Of a stretch of 64,000 nt of DNA, positions 12,504-24,416 are shown in pieces (the first letter of the stretch is position 1; every line of letters begins with the position of its first letter). The stretch comes from Cyanophora paradoxa CCMP329 (lineage: Eukaryota; Plantae; Glaucophyta). The translations under genes and the position numbers were made by a program. The notes beneath the pieces are model-generated. The model was not told where the DNA came from. It made no database searches and saw only the letters and a program-made list of their open reading frames with translations. The stretch lies in NCBI GenBank assembly GCA_004431415.1, contig QPMI01000668.1, positions 15,385 through 79,384 of the forward strand, read 5' to 3'.

Positions 12504-15500
12504 TCAAAGAATTATGCCACCCACGTAAAAGCGGATGCAAAGGCGATTTCCGCAATTGGACAGTTCATTTTCACACACAATCTCATTTCGAGCAAATACA
12601 TCCAGCACACACATTAATCCCGTCTTTGTTTTTCTTCGGTGTCTTGCACCCCTTGCATTTTGGGCATTTTGCGACTCGTTTCTTTGCACACGACGTAGCA
12701 CAATCTGGAAGATCCTGTACGCAGTGATCACGACCACATTAAATACAGATAAAGACCGCAGTTACCTTGCTTGACTTCCTTTCTTCAGACTGATAAAAGT
12801 CAGAACTCCATCCAGCACTCAGTACGCACAACGCACCTGAGATTCCGCCGGAGGTCCACCAGAAGGAACAAAATCAAGTGTCGTCCGGATTTTCTTATTA
12901 CCAATCTGCCCGCTCGAAATCAATCATACAAAAAACAACACAGCAATCGAAATACCTCAGCAGTACTACTGCTCAACCCGAGTCCAATCAACGGTCCCCT
13001 AAATGCGGGAGATGATGGCACAGGGGTTTTATTTCCCGTCGAATCTCCAGCAGGTTTCTGGGGCGTGCTTGCAGTTGACTCAGATCGCGTAATTTCAGGG
13101 ATAAAAGCACTGCATAAGTTACAGTGAAAAGCCACAAGCAACACTGATTCACAGAGCTTACGTTGACATCAGATGTTCCATTTCTTCAATTTGATCCAAG
13201 CAGGCCCCTTTGAATAACTCTTTCACTGAATTTCCAACCTAGTACCAAAATCAAATTCAGGCATTATTGAACACATGAATATTTAAAAAGCATGCACGTA
13301 CTCGTAAAGTTGAAACCTTCGTGGTAGACGTCTGCAACGACGTGATTGGCTCACCACCAGTATTCGGAGTGTACTTGTTGGCCTTCACAACCACTTCCGT
13401 GATTGCCACAAATTTCCCAAGCAAAGCATCGACAGCTGTTTCATGGTTCAAACCTGCAGTCGCCAACGTGTCGCCATCCACAAAATTTGTGCAATGTCCA
13501 CTGCATCCAATATCAATACCATCATCACACCCACGTATTCATGAAAAAACTAGCTCACTACTGGTCGCTCAATTGCAGTCGAATGGACCCATTTGGCTTT
13601 CCATTCGAATTGTTGCAACATTTTACAGAGTCCACACGGCCGAAAACATCTGCTAGTTGTCAGTGTGAACGCCCAAATCATAAAGCAGGAACTTACTTCG
13701 AATGAGAGGATCACCGAGAGGTTTCAAGTTTCCATCAAAAAAAATCGTCAAATTCGGTGCATGAATTACCATGGAGGCATTCCAGTACGGAATGTCCAGA
13801 ATTTTATCTATGATCCCAGAAGAAATGGATTTATAATTCCCGTCGTCGACACTCTGCCAGGAATTCAGTCCCATCCACCCTCGGGTCCTAAAAAGGCCTT
13901 ACCATGACCCAGATATCGAATGCGCTTGATGTTACATCGACCTTGTAAGCGCAACCCGTCGGGAAAATATTCGACACACTGGATCCACCACTCTTGACAC
14001 GCAGATCATTAATTGCTGAGCCAGACAACGCAACCTTATTGCCCATAACAAGCACCTGCAATACATAACATGGCGCATCACGAAAACCTGCAAAAAAGAC
14101 GCATGCAACAGCACAAGCATCTCACCATCACAGCAGAGTATGGGGGGGGGTACCCATGGTAGCATTAGGTTGTATGGGACTGCGGCCCCCCCCCCTGACC
14201 ATTCTGTGCAGTAACCATCAGCGCGCCGGGCGACGCGCTAGCACACTCGTCGTCCTTAGCTATGCCTTCCGGGCAGTGTGAAAGCAGTCCGGCCGACGGG
14301 GGCGCTCTGGCTCGGGAGATCGACTTGTAGCTAGTGCGGGTCGGCCGGGCCATCGGGGAGGCGCCCAGCAACCAGCTCACCGCATCATTAGTGAGCCTGG
14401 CATGCCGCATACGAGCGGGCGCGCCACGCCCCGCCGCCTCTGGTCCGCTGGACTCTCCGAAGAGGTAACCGCCGCGCACTGCGAACGAAGGATCGGCGGA
14501 AGCTGACCACCGGCGTCGCAGCGCCGACGCAGGACGTTACGAACGTAATGTGCATCTGATGAGAGTCTGCTGGTGCGCTGGGCTAGTCGCCGCGCGACCG
14601 GCCTGACCGACGCCCCCGCCAGGAGGCCGTGCACCAGCCGCGCATCTCGCCGGCGGGGCACAGGTGCAGCCTCGCCTTGCATATGCGACTTAGCTAAGCT
14701 AACAGTGCTGATCAATGCTCGCAGCGCGCGCCGGGCGCCGCTCCTGGGCCGCCCGCTCTTGGTGGTGGTCGCCGCCCCTACGGAGTCGCCGTGGTGCGGG
14801 CGCGACCTTTTGCGTCCTTTCTTCAGCTTTGTTTTGATGTATACTGCATGCAGGCAAGCTGGGCGCACGGTGGGGCTCTTCGGGGCGGGCGTTTCTGGCG
14901 GAGAACGCCACCTGGTCCCCCTTCTTGGCCAGATCCCGCTGCTCCCCGTCGCTCTCCGCGTCTCCCTTGGATAGCGCATCGTCTAGATGGTTATGTACAA
15001 TGAATCTACGCGTTTCCCCGCCGCCGCGCCCGCGCCCCCGTCCCAGGATTTGGGTGCCACCACTGCACTGCTCCAGCAGAGCGCCCTGTGCGCCCAGCAC
15101 GTCCTAGGGCGGCCGAGATGGATGGAAACATAGTATATTACATAGAAGCACATTCGGGAACGATCCAACGCGTCCGGGAAGCGCGGGCAAGGGGTCCGAG
15201 CCTGACCCCAAGTCCTTGCCACCACCACCGCCAGCCACCGAACGCAGCACGGCGCCCTGCACAGCATGCGCGCGGTACGCAACATAGTTAGTCTTGCGTA
15301 GGAACGCAGCTGGCGCGTGGGCTCTGCTGGGATGCGCACCGGAAGCGACCAGCACTGCGGCAGTGGCGGGCACCAAGCCAGAACGCGCGGCGGAGCCGCC
15401 CTGTGCTCCCGGCGTAAGCTATTGACACAGCTAATGCCGCCTATGTGCTGCGGGCGACCGGCAAGGTCACAGGTGACCGGCAGCGGGCGAGCGGGCGGGC

Positions 15501-16510
15501 GCAGCGGGCGGACGGGACGGACTTCACCCCCGAGAGCGGACGATGGCGCCGATCGTCATGAAGCATGTTCAACATCTAAGAACACTGTAGAAGCACGTTA
15601 GGCCCGCGCAGCAAGAGCGCCCGGGTCGCCGCACCTTCGAGAGCACGCCGCTCGGCGGGCGAGCGGGGCGGGCGGGCTGTTGCACCGCCAGCGATGTTTA
15701 TATGACCTATGCGATGCTCCAGATACGCTGGCTGGTAGCCCGGCCGCCGCCGCCGCCATCCGACCTCGCTGGGCGCGCGACCAAGTCCGAAGTCCGACCC
15801 AGACGGACAGGGCTGAGAGCAGACGACCAACTGGATCTCGGTGCTCCTAGCTCCTAGCCAAAGCGGCCCGGCGATCTGACGCAGGCTCTTCAAACCCGAC
15901 GCAGCCGAAGTTGGCTAGCTTGCCCTGTTACTGCGTACCGGGGGGTGCCACTTTCCCCGGTTTTTCCCATACAAGCCCAATGCTACCATGGGTACCCCCC
16001 CCATACTCTGCTGTGCATACTTTGACCGACACACAATTTCATAGTCTCTTCCACCACAGATGTAAATCCTGATTGCGTCATAACGCATCCCAAAACACCG
16101 TTCTGCGCCCACTGGTCATCACGCATGCAACTCTTTGCCCTACAAACGCCTGCACCTTGTCGTTTACATACAGAAACCCAGGAGCTGTGGACCGACGGAA
16201 CAGAAATGTCGACACGCAATCTAACGCTTTCGATGAACTTGGCACTGCCTGCAGCAACTTTTCCGATCACAAGGTTCAGATCGACCATACCATCACAAGT
16301 TCTCACCAGCAGCTCGGACACACTTTTCACCTTCGATACGTCGAGATCTATCGATGCGCGTGCTGCAGCCGCTGACGCCGACGCCATCGCCATGCCTACT
16401 TCGACTGCTTCAGACTCTATGGGTACGTTACAAACGTTCCCTGGGTACAGTATATCCATCTTCCCACCTTCGTCATTTCCATAGGTCGTACACAGAACGA
16501 CTACCGACAT
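12504..16510 (-). CDS. RPA70-like OB-fold ssDNA-binding protein, multi-exon, interrupted by TIR element; Cys-rich C-terminus
   Basis: Spliced exons DVFGRVDSV...IRLQLSD|SG... and LLGKFVAITEVVVKANKY...SLQTSTTKVST resemble the RPA1 DBD-B pattern. RPA-like genes are established Helitron cargo. Confidence 0.5.
14129..14179 (+). repeat. Left TIR of nested CACAG element
   Basis: Reverse complement of ~15965-16015. Additional inner inverted 8-mer GCAGTAAC (14208-14215) / GTTACTGC (15927-15934). Confidence 0.9.
15965..16015 (-). repeat. Right TIR of nested CACAG element
   Basis: Reverse complement of 14129-14179. Confidence 0.9.
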
Positions 16511-16547
16511 CGACCTTCACTTTCATAGTTCCAAAACTCCAGTACCA

Positions 16548-16841
16548 ATGGTAAGAATCGGACCTTCCTGCCCTCCATTCGCGAGACTAACTCAACAGCA
16601 GAACGTCTTGACCACTACAGATCACGAACCCAATGACAGCACTCATGAAGCAATTGCAAGTGACTCACATTTCGATGACGAACCTCCTCCGTTGGAACCT
16701 GACAACGATCCTCTACCTCACCACGAACTTCATAATTTTACGCCTGCTCAGGCTGCCGCAGTTTACATATTCACTTATTTATTCATGCCCGAAGACTCTA
16801 GCACATGGTTAAACTTGATCGCCCATGTGCGTGAAGAATAA
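16548..16841 (+). CDS. Small hypothetical protein (97 aa)
   Basis: ATG-started ORF with acidic DDEPPPLEPD stretch, followed by an A-run; positioned like the + member of the convergent pairs. Confidence 0.3.
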   Translation: MVRIGPSCPPFARLTQQQNVLTTTDHEPNDSTHEAIASDSHFDDEPPPLEPDNDPLPHHELHNFTPAQAAAVYIFTYLFMPEDSSTWLNLIAHVREE

Positions 16842-16919
16842 AAAAAGCGTCGAGAGTCATATAAATAGCTAGCCTCTCTCAACAATATAATCGCAATTCA
16901 ATGTGTCACACAAGCACCT

Positions 16920-17480
16920 GTCCGTCCCGCCCCTCCAACCTCGCTCTCCCTCGCCTCGCCCGACGCACTTTCTCCTCACCCCACCCCCGGTCTCACTCCC
17001 CTTTCCAATTCCTCTCCCTCGCCATGCCCCCCTACTCCGGATCCCATCCCCGCTCTTCCTTTCTGGCCGCATGGGACCTCGCCCCCCCTCACCCATCTTC
17101 TTGCCCCTCCCCGGCCATTCATGTCTCGCCCTGTCTGACTTCGTCCTGCCCCAACCTGTTCCGCCCTGTTCCGCACGGCCCCCCCTGATGCCCCACGTCG
17201 CAACCCAACCCAGTCACGCCTCAGGCCCCCCCCCCCCTCCCCCCCCCCACGAATCCCCCGCGCGCCTCTGCGCTCTCCTCAACAACCCCACGCGCCGCGT
17301 CCCGCATCACCCCCGTCTGTCGCCACGCCCTGCTCCAAACCCGCTCAGTCTCACCTTGCTTTGCCCCGCCCTGATCCGCCTCACCATGCGCCTTCCTGCC
17401 CCTCTTCGCCCACCAACATCCAGCCATCCCTGCCCTCCCCCGCAACCCGCCCCCCAGCACCCCACCCTGCTGCCGCGACA
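16920..17480. repeat. C-rich low-complexity tract (G-rich on - strand)
   Basis: Multiple C4-C12 runs. Similar tracts at ~23090-23160 and ~25220-25420. Confidence 0.7.
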
Positions 17481-19611
17481 GTTCATCAAATCAAATCGTT
17501 GGTTGCAGCACATGAATTCACAACGACAAAATTCCAGGCAGGCGATCACTGCTGGTTGATCTGAAAAAACTGCAAAACTCGTGAACACACATAAACAATT
17601 GCAATATTTCCAATCACGAACCCTCTTCTGGTGCATAACTCGGTTTTTGATAGTGTAGGAAAATGCATTGCACCATTTCTTGTAATCGTCCACTGAGAAA
17701 GCAAATGGTCCAGTGGACGAGAACCGTTTCTCCTTAATCGCCATGTGTTTCACAAGCAAATCCCGGATATTCCCGTACATGTTCCTCACCGCCTCCGCTG
17801 AATGCCCATCGCATGCGTACACATACAGCAGTCCAAAAAATTTCAGCAGCTACGACATTATAGGTGAAGCCATCAGATCACGTATGCCAAACATGCATAC
17901 CGGATGGATCTCCGATATATCTGTCTCCTCTTGCTCTTCAATCTCGTTCATCTTCTTCAAAATTGACGCAAGGGACTGGTCTTTATAAAACCTGCTCACC
18001 TGTTTCAGCCTTTTGAATTTCATAACAATTCATCACACCTGTAATTCGATCTTGTACGAAGATCCAACTGACGCAGAATGCGCAAAGGCGAGTCCATGAC
18101 CATTGCTTCCAGCTCCACCGAAGAGAATTCCAAATTCGTGCTAAACACGTAAGCAGCAAAACCAAAATCTTCTACATATTTCTTCGCTCGCTTCGGAGAT
18201 ATCACTTTGTTGAGGACCTCCAGTATCTCCTTTTTGACCACGAATCGTACGGACCGCTCCTCGTTCACGAAGTCCAGATTAAAATACAGACCATGAGAAA
18301 TTACACATACGCATGCTGGAATCGTAGCATGCACAATCTCCGGCTCCAACCCGTGCACAAAAAACTGGCATGCCGGCATGTCGAAGCCTTTTACGACCGA
18401 TTCAATATCGCAATGATCCAGTGGCGTCACCTGAGGCAAATCAACCTCAAGTAATGATATCGAACACATCCGAGTCACCTGGATAGTAGGAATTCCAGGA
18501 GCATGAATTTGCACACCAAAGACAAAATCAGAAGTCATACATCCCACGGTCGACACCCTTGGCAGGAAGACGAAACGAAGTTGGTCTTCGGCTTTCATTT
18601 TTGCGGCCAGGTATATCATATCTAGAATTTCCAGGAAGTCTTTGTGGTCCCGAGCTTGCACGTACAAGTCCACATCTTGCCTGCCGAACCGAAAAGACAA
18701 CAGTTATATACGTCGCATACATGGATGTCGGACCCCTACACTCACAACGAATACTCGTACGCAGTTCCAGGTAACAGTAATGCCCGAGCAACACATCCGC
18801 CTGTAAAACAAAATCCACACGCTCGAACCCCAACAATGTGAAAGGCATAAATACCTGCTATGAAGATTTTCCTTTTGATCGAAACACATAAATTGTCCAG
18901 CAGAGCTGCACTCCGAATACGTTCGGCAACCACCCTTTGCGAAGACATGTATCCCTCAACGATAGGAATCCCTGGTCCAGCCATCACATTCGACGTACGC
19001 CGAACACTGCGTGTACCATCACCATGCACCTGCGGCCCCATGATCGCCATCTCCTTCAAAAACGCGACATAAACATCAAATATATCAGACAAGCGCACCT
19101 CAAAGCTCCCAGACAAAACAAACACCGAGCCTGACTTATACAATTGCTCTAGCTTTACGCCAGACTTATCCAAAAACTGCGCTAGCGCTGCTCGAGGATG
19201 CGTAGCACATGATGAATGCACTGCGTCGAAGAACCGGACGTTATGGTTCAAACCGACGATCATCTCAAACTCGAAGTCCGACTGTGCGAGTGTACCCCTC
19301 GCCGTCCTCCGCCCCCCCCCCCAAAAAAACAAATTCGCGATCGCCACCTTCGATTCCCTCTCCGATGCGTTCAAAACACATGTTCAGTCTTCCTGTCATA
19401 ACCTGAACTGCCCCGGATAAGCAGACTTCTTCGACACGATGCCGATCGCGACGCTTTCGGGGTACAACTCTCCGACCACGGACTTCTCGTCCGAGGTCGA
19501 TTCCCTGTACCCGGAGGTTTTTTTTTCCCGCCGTCCGCCAATTTGCGATCGACCCTCGCATTCGGGCAAACTCTGCACCACGCTACCGGTACGCTTCCTC
19601 TTCGTGAACAC
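17307..19611 (-). CDS. Pol-beta-fold nucleotidyltransferase (CCA/poly(A)-polymerase head-like), multi-exon; 3' end uncertain
   Basis: Splicing GT-AG introns gives IFIAGGCVARALLLPGTAYEYSLQDVDLYV (hGG...DxD), then PTIQV..., VVKGFDMPACQF, RAKKYVEDFGF. Confidence 0.6.
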
Positions 19612-19979
19612 AACCCGCGCACTTAGCCCGCTCCACCGCTCAGACTCTTGTCGTGCTCTGCGACTGCGACTCGCGTCGCAGACACGCGGTCAACCGGTTC
19701 GTCCTCCGACTCTGCTGTTTACGCGTCCCCTCCCCATTTCCCAGATCTGACCTACTGCTGCGCAGCGCGTGGCGTGTTCGAACGCACTGGTTCGCACACC
19801 GCAGCCGAACCAACTGAATCCCGCCGCCCGCCCTTTAGTGCAACTCTCTGCTTCTGTTATCTCTCACCTTCGCGCGCAGCAAACGTCCCTGTCGCAGCGC
19901 CTTCCGCCCTTCAAACTCAAGAGAAGCCAGCCGACCCAAGTTAGAAGCCGCGAGAACGATCGCTTCTCATCACGATCAC

Positions 19980-20903
19980 ATGTGCGAACAGTGTGACCCC
20001 CGATATATGAGTAGATGAACCCTGCAACAGGTCAACGAATCGATCTCATGACTCGTCCTCATCAGATGAGGGGCCAATAGCCATAAAACAATGCCCCAGA
20101 ACAATCACGAAGCTTGATCTTTTTCAACGCGAAAAGATAACCAACGGCACGTACGCAAAAACCATAGCTACTCGCGGCCATCGAACAAACTACCGCGTTT
20201 CTAAAGCCCGAGGTGCATCTCTTCCAAATCTTTCATCAGCTATGGCCAGCAACTGACCTGTGCCCTGCTCAGCTATGTACCTAGTGCAGAACGACCCAAT
20301 GATTGACTTCGACGTGAACGACCTTGACCTCACCGACTTCTTTGCGAACATCGTCAGCAGCAGTGTCCCCAGTGCAAGCGATCTTCGTACCAATCCTACC
20401 CGCACCTTCTCTGAGGTGTCCCTTCTTCATCCTGATTCACCTGAACGCATTCAAACAGCTGCACGCACTTCCAAATGTACCCACCTTCAGGCACCTTACC
20501 CTTTCCACATTCTTCCTCAACCGGACTGAATGATCCATTGCCCTCACAGTGTTTCGACGTACAGCTCCATCTTCTCGCATGCTTGCAACGAGAAGACGAG
20601 AACGACAGCCCAAACGTTTCAGAAGCCTACGTATGGTATGGCTTCCAAATTCGTTTCAAAAATTCGACCTTCATCTCCAACAGGTCATGTCCAATTGAGG
20701 GATGCACCGAACTTGCCAGGGTTCGCGACATCGTACCCGACTTCTATATGCAATCCATACTCGATGGGGTGCGCACATCTTCTTCTTTGCAGATTCATCA
20801 TCGTCGCCCTGACTACCAGCAGTGCACCTCAACAAGCACAACTTCTGTGCGCATCTACAATACTGGAACCTGGGAACGTTGTCCCAATCACCAGGAAGAC
20901 TAG
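19980..20903 (+). CDS. Stand-alone SP-RING/MIZ zinc-finger protein S1 (start uncertain)
   Basis: VSLLHPDSPERIQTAARTSKCTHLQ|CFD...W|SCPIEGC...DIVPDFYMQSILDG|...VRIYNTGTW. Confidence 0.8.
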
Positions 20904-21045
20904 ATATCCCGTTTTGGTTCACGAATCACTATTTCACGAATGAATACCCACAATGCCCGCGCTTCTTTCCAGCTACGTGGAATGCATATTCTTAAATCAT
21001 GCACAAGCCACGATCCCGGGAAACATTTACAAAGTGATACCCTGC

Positions 21046-21678
21046 TTAATCAGAGTCGAAGTCAAAATCAGCAAGTATCGCCTTGATTTCTTCCAGCTTG
21101 TCGATGGCCAGATCTCCCTTCGACACATGCCCCTCCACTGGCATGTATGTTCGCAGTTCATCCTCCAGTGAAACAACACGATCTTGCAATGTACGGACCC
21201 ACCCCCAGGCGTCGTCCAGCTTCACTTTCACAGGGCACGACTTGCCACACCAGCACGAGTTGGTAGGGTCGGCACAGCACCAAACCAGACGCTCCCCTGC
21301 CAGCGCCTCCGCTGCTTCAATTGCAACTTTCACGGCATCCTCCGTTGACTTTTCCTGCATGGCTTGCTGAAACTTTGCTGCAGCAACCGAGCGCCTCGCT
21401 TTGCTGTCACGCTCGCCTGGATGAACATCTCCATCTCCTAGCGGTGGGCACTCTGAATCGAATTGAAGCCGCTGACTGAAGCTCTTCCACCACTTGTGTC
21501 TTGGCTTACATGAGCGTTTTCTCGGAACCTGCTTCCTCCGGTACTTCGGCTTGCTCTCGGCATCATCATTAACAGCTGAATCTGCAAATACATCATCCTT
21601 CTCCTTGACTTCCGACGGTTGCCCAGAAGCCGAACTCATACCAGAGGACGAAGTCATCGCCTGTTTCGACATAGCCAC
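21046..21678 (-). CDS. Cys-rich orphan protein X1 (paralog of X2)
   Basis: 210-aa ORF. QRLQFDS..HPGER..ARR.VA.AKF...EALAGERLVWCCAD...CGKSCPVKVKLDDAW shared with 23279-23917. Confidence 0.7.
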   Translation of the reverse strand: MAMSKQAMTSSSGMSSASGQPSEVKEKDDVFADSAVNDDAESKPKYRRKQVPRKRSCKPRHKWWKSFSQRLQFDSECPPLGDGDVHPGERDSKARRSVAAAKFQQAMQEKSTEDAVKVAIEAAEALAGERLVWCCADPTNSCWCGKSCPVKVKLDDAWGWVRTLQDRVVSLEDELRTYMPVEGHVSKGDLAIDKLEEIKAILADFDFDSD

Positions 21679-22278
21679 CTACAAAACGGCCGCAACGTTA
21701 GTGATCTACTGCCTTCAATAGGGCTTACATGACCAGGCGTACCGAACTCAGATTACGGGCACTTCTGCAGCAGCACGGAGACTACGAAGCAAAGCACAAC
21801 TGTGTACCCACTCAAATCTCGCGATCGCAACTTCAGGCCTTCACCTTTCCTCGCATTCCGATGCCCGATGACATTGACAACATTCCAACAGCACCGTGAA
21901 CACGATACATGACGTTCTCGATCTCCGCTCGCGAACGTGTTGGTACACAATCGGCGCAGGAAACACTAGTACCCCTTCCGGGTTTTTTTCCGATCAACTC
22001 ACTAGCGCTTCCCGCTCACCAACTGCGCGCTAGCGCGTCGTATTTCCACGTCCAAGCTAAAAAGGATTCGTCCGCGAGCACCGCGCCTGTAGGCTTGCGA
22101 AGCATCGAAGTGCCGACGTCAAGCAGAACTCGCCGTGCGCATCATACGAGCGCACCGAGATACTATCCCAATAGGTGCCGGAATACGGCCTGCGACCTAC
22201 GTCCAAAGCTAAGGCTGTTCTTCCTAATACGGGCTCCTCGCGAAATCTCGCAGTCGAACGTCCAGCCCTACAACAACA

Positions 22279-23054
22279 ATGCAGAGATCAACATTCAGAG
22301 CTAAAAAGAAGCCTCTGAAGCCTTCGGCGCGCCACTATCGACCGGAAGCCACGCGCGACCCTGCACCGTTCCAGGGATTGGTGACTTCGCTCGAGACGAC
22401 TACGGACGAAGACTACAATGCTCTCGCCGCCAATGGCACGATAATCAAGCGATTCCTCGACCTCGATCACCGCATCACCTTCAGGCCATGGTACAAAGGC
22501 AAACAATATGGTGCATGCCTCCCATACCTCTTCCACTCTTTTCTTCGTCAATCTCACCTACATCGCAGCTACTTCTCGAAATGAGAGTATACGACTCCCA
22601 CTGAAAATTCCTTTCGGAGACGGCCGTATCCGAGTGCCTGTTCAATCAGTGTTCTGCAATCACCCGCACGTGCGCTTTCTCCTACCCAAAAAAAACCTCA
22701 ACCTAATCTGAACACAGTGCTTTGATTTCCACGACCACATCCTTACATCTCATTGGTACCCAAACCGAATTCTGACTAAAGATAAAAGCACCCTCCATTC
22801 CCCCTGTTCTTATTCCTTTCTACAGGGTGTGTCCTTTCTGGTTTTGTGAGGCGAGGGCCGAACTCCAGGATCTCATTATCGACGAGTTCTTCATGTCGCT
22901 CCTTGATGGTGTACGCCCTTACACTATCCATCCACTACAGCTTCCATCACCCTTTTCCGAGCAGACCTCGACTCTGGAAATGGCCGTCGAAATAGATCCA
23001 GAGGGCAAGTGGACCCCTTGCTCATTCGACGCCATCACCCCCAGCAATGACTGA
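22279..23054 (+). CDS. Stand-alone SP-RING/MIZ protein S2
   Basis: IRLPLKIPFGDGRIRVPVQSVFCNHPH|CFDF...|CPFWFC...DLIIDEFFMSLLDG|...VEIDPEGKW. Confidence 0.8.
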
Positions 23055-23278
23055 GCACGCTCTCATTTCCACGTCCCCTTCCAACCCTCATCCACCCCGT
23101 GCACTCCCGAAGCCATCGCCCCCCCCACCCTCCCCCCCCCCCTCCCCCTTCCCTTTCAACCTGACAGGGCCTGTTCCCTACCGTCCTGTATCTATCATCC
23201 TGTGCTCACAATATACAGTTATATTCGAATTCACATAGCAGAGTCCACGTATTCAATTCCATATACCAAGGTCCATTA

Positions 23279-23917
23279 CTACAAGAACATATCTAAAATT
23301 TTCTGGACTTCCTTCATCTTAGAAACTGCCGACTCGGAATCACTGCTGCCTCTGTTCAACACACGTTGAATGAGCTGTAGCGTCCTAATAGCCGCGTCGC
23401 CCTCGTCAGGATCGTATTCCCGCGTGCTCTCCGCCATCTCCAAAACTTCTCCGTGATATCTTTTGGCCCAAGTCCATGCTTCGTCCACCTTGATTCTCAC
23501 GGGGCAAGACTTGCCACAATTGCGCCAGCTGAGAAAGTCGGCACAGCACCACACAATCCGATCTCCGGCCAGCGCCTCACAGGCACCAATAGCAGCTCGT
23601 AAGGCAGCTATATCAGACTTTTCCTCTAAGGCTGCATGAAACTTGGCTTGTGCAACTTCTCGTCTGGCATCTTCAGGCCTGTTGCCAGGATGCATTTCCC
23701 CAGGCGCCAACGCTGGAAGCACAGAGTCGAAATGGAATCGCTGACGATGGCTTATCTCCCAATCGAAGCCACTTCTACTCTCCATCATCGCTGTTTGCTT
23801 CTTCCTGGTCTTCCTTTTTCCCGCGACTGCTCCATCGCCGAGCGCAGCAACTGCATCTGCAGTACCGGTAGATGAGCTCCCTTCCCGAGGCGACGACATG
23901 TCTAGCAGCCTCTGCAA
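23279..23917 (-). CDS. Cys-rich orphan protein X2 (paralog of X1)
   Basis: 212-aa ORF. QRFHFDS..HPGNR..ARREVAQAKF...EALAGDRIVWCCAD...CGKSCPVRIKVDEAW. Confidence 0.7.
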   Translation of the reverse strand: MQRLLDMSSPREGSSSTGTADAVAALGDGAVAGKRKTRKKQTAMMESRSGFDWEISHRQRFHFDSVLPALAPGEMHPGNRPEDARREVAQAKFHAALEEKSDIAALRAAIGACEALAGDRIVWCCADFLSWRNCGKSCPVRIKVDEAWTWAKRYHGEVLEMAESTREYDPDEGDAAIRTLQLIQRVLNRGSSDSESAVSKMKEVQKILDMFL

Positions 23918-24416
23918 GAGCGAAGTCCGGAAAGATAGGGGTACAGCCTACATTCCCGGACCCGTGGAAGCCAGCCCAAGCGCTACACGAACAGCTCGTG
24001 GCACCATTCATAGCGCGCTCAACCGCCGTCGCAATCTCCAGCTAGGACAGCCCACCGCCTTACGCGAAGCAACGCGTACAGTGCTCGACGCTGGCCTTCG
24101 CCAGCGCCAGCGCCAGCGAAGTCTCGCCGGGAGGAGCGGAGGCGTGGTGGGCGGCGGAGCGGCTCGCCGTCCGGAGCCCGAAGCATCGGCGCAGCGGGCA
24201 GCGCACGGCGCCTGCTCGAAGGAGAGGGCGACGCGGCGCGGCGGGGCGGCTGGCTGCGGCGGGGCTCTCCAGCTCCGAACTACCGCTCGGCTCACCTTCG
24301 CAGCGTGCTCCTTACCCCAGCTCAAGGTAAGCATGATCAGAACCGATCCGCTCCTGCCATATAAGGAAGCACACCTCCTAACTTTAAACGTGTCATCAGG
24401 ATCCGCCTACTAGCGC

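Larger units (their letters stand above)
14129..16015. mobile_element. Non-autonomous CACTA/CMC-like TIR DNA transposon (1887 bp) with 3-bp TSD CAT
   Basis: Termini CACAGCAGAGTATG(G)nTACCCATGGTAGCATT... and its reverse complement ending ...CTCTGCTGTG (~50-bp imperfect TIR). CAT at 14126-14128 and 16016-16018. GC-rich interior with no recognisable transposase. Confidence 0.9.

Noticed and set aside
14129-16015. Inverted repeats read as facing ends of two separate large elements flanking host DNA
   Set aside because: The CAT TSD outside the repeats and the restored exon-donor junction show a single nested insertion.
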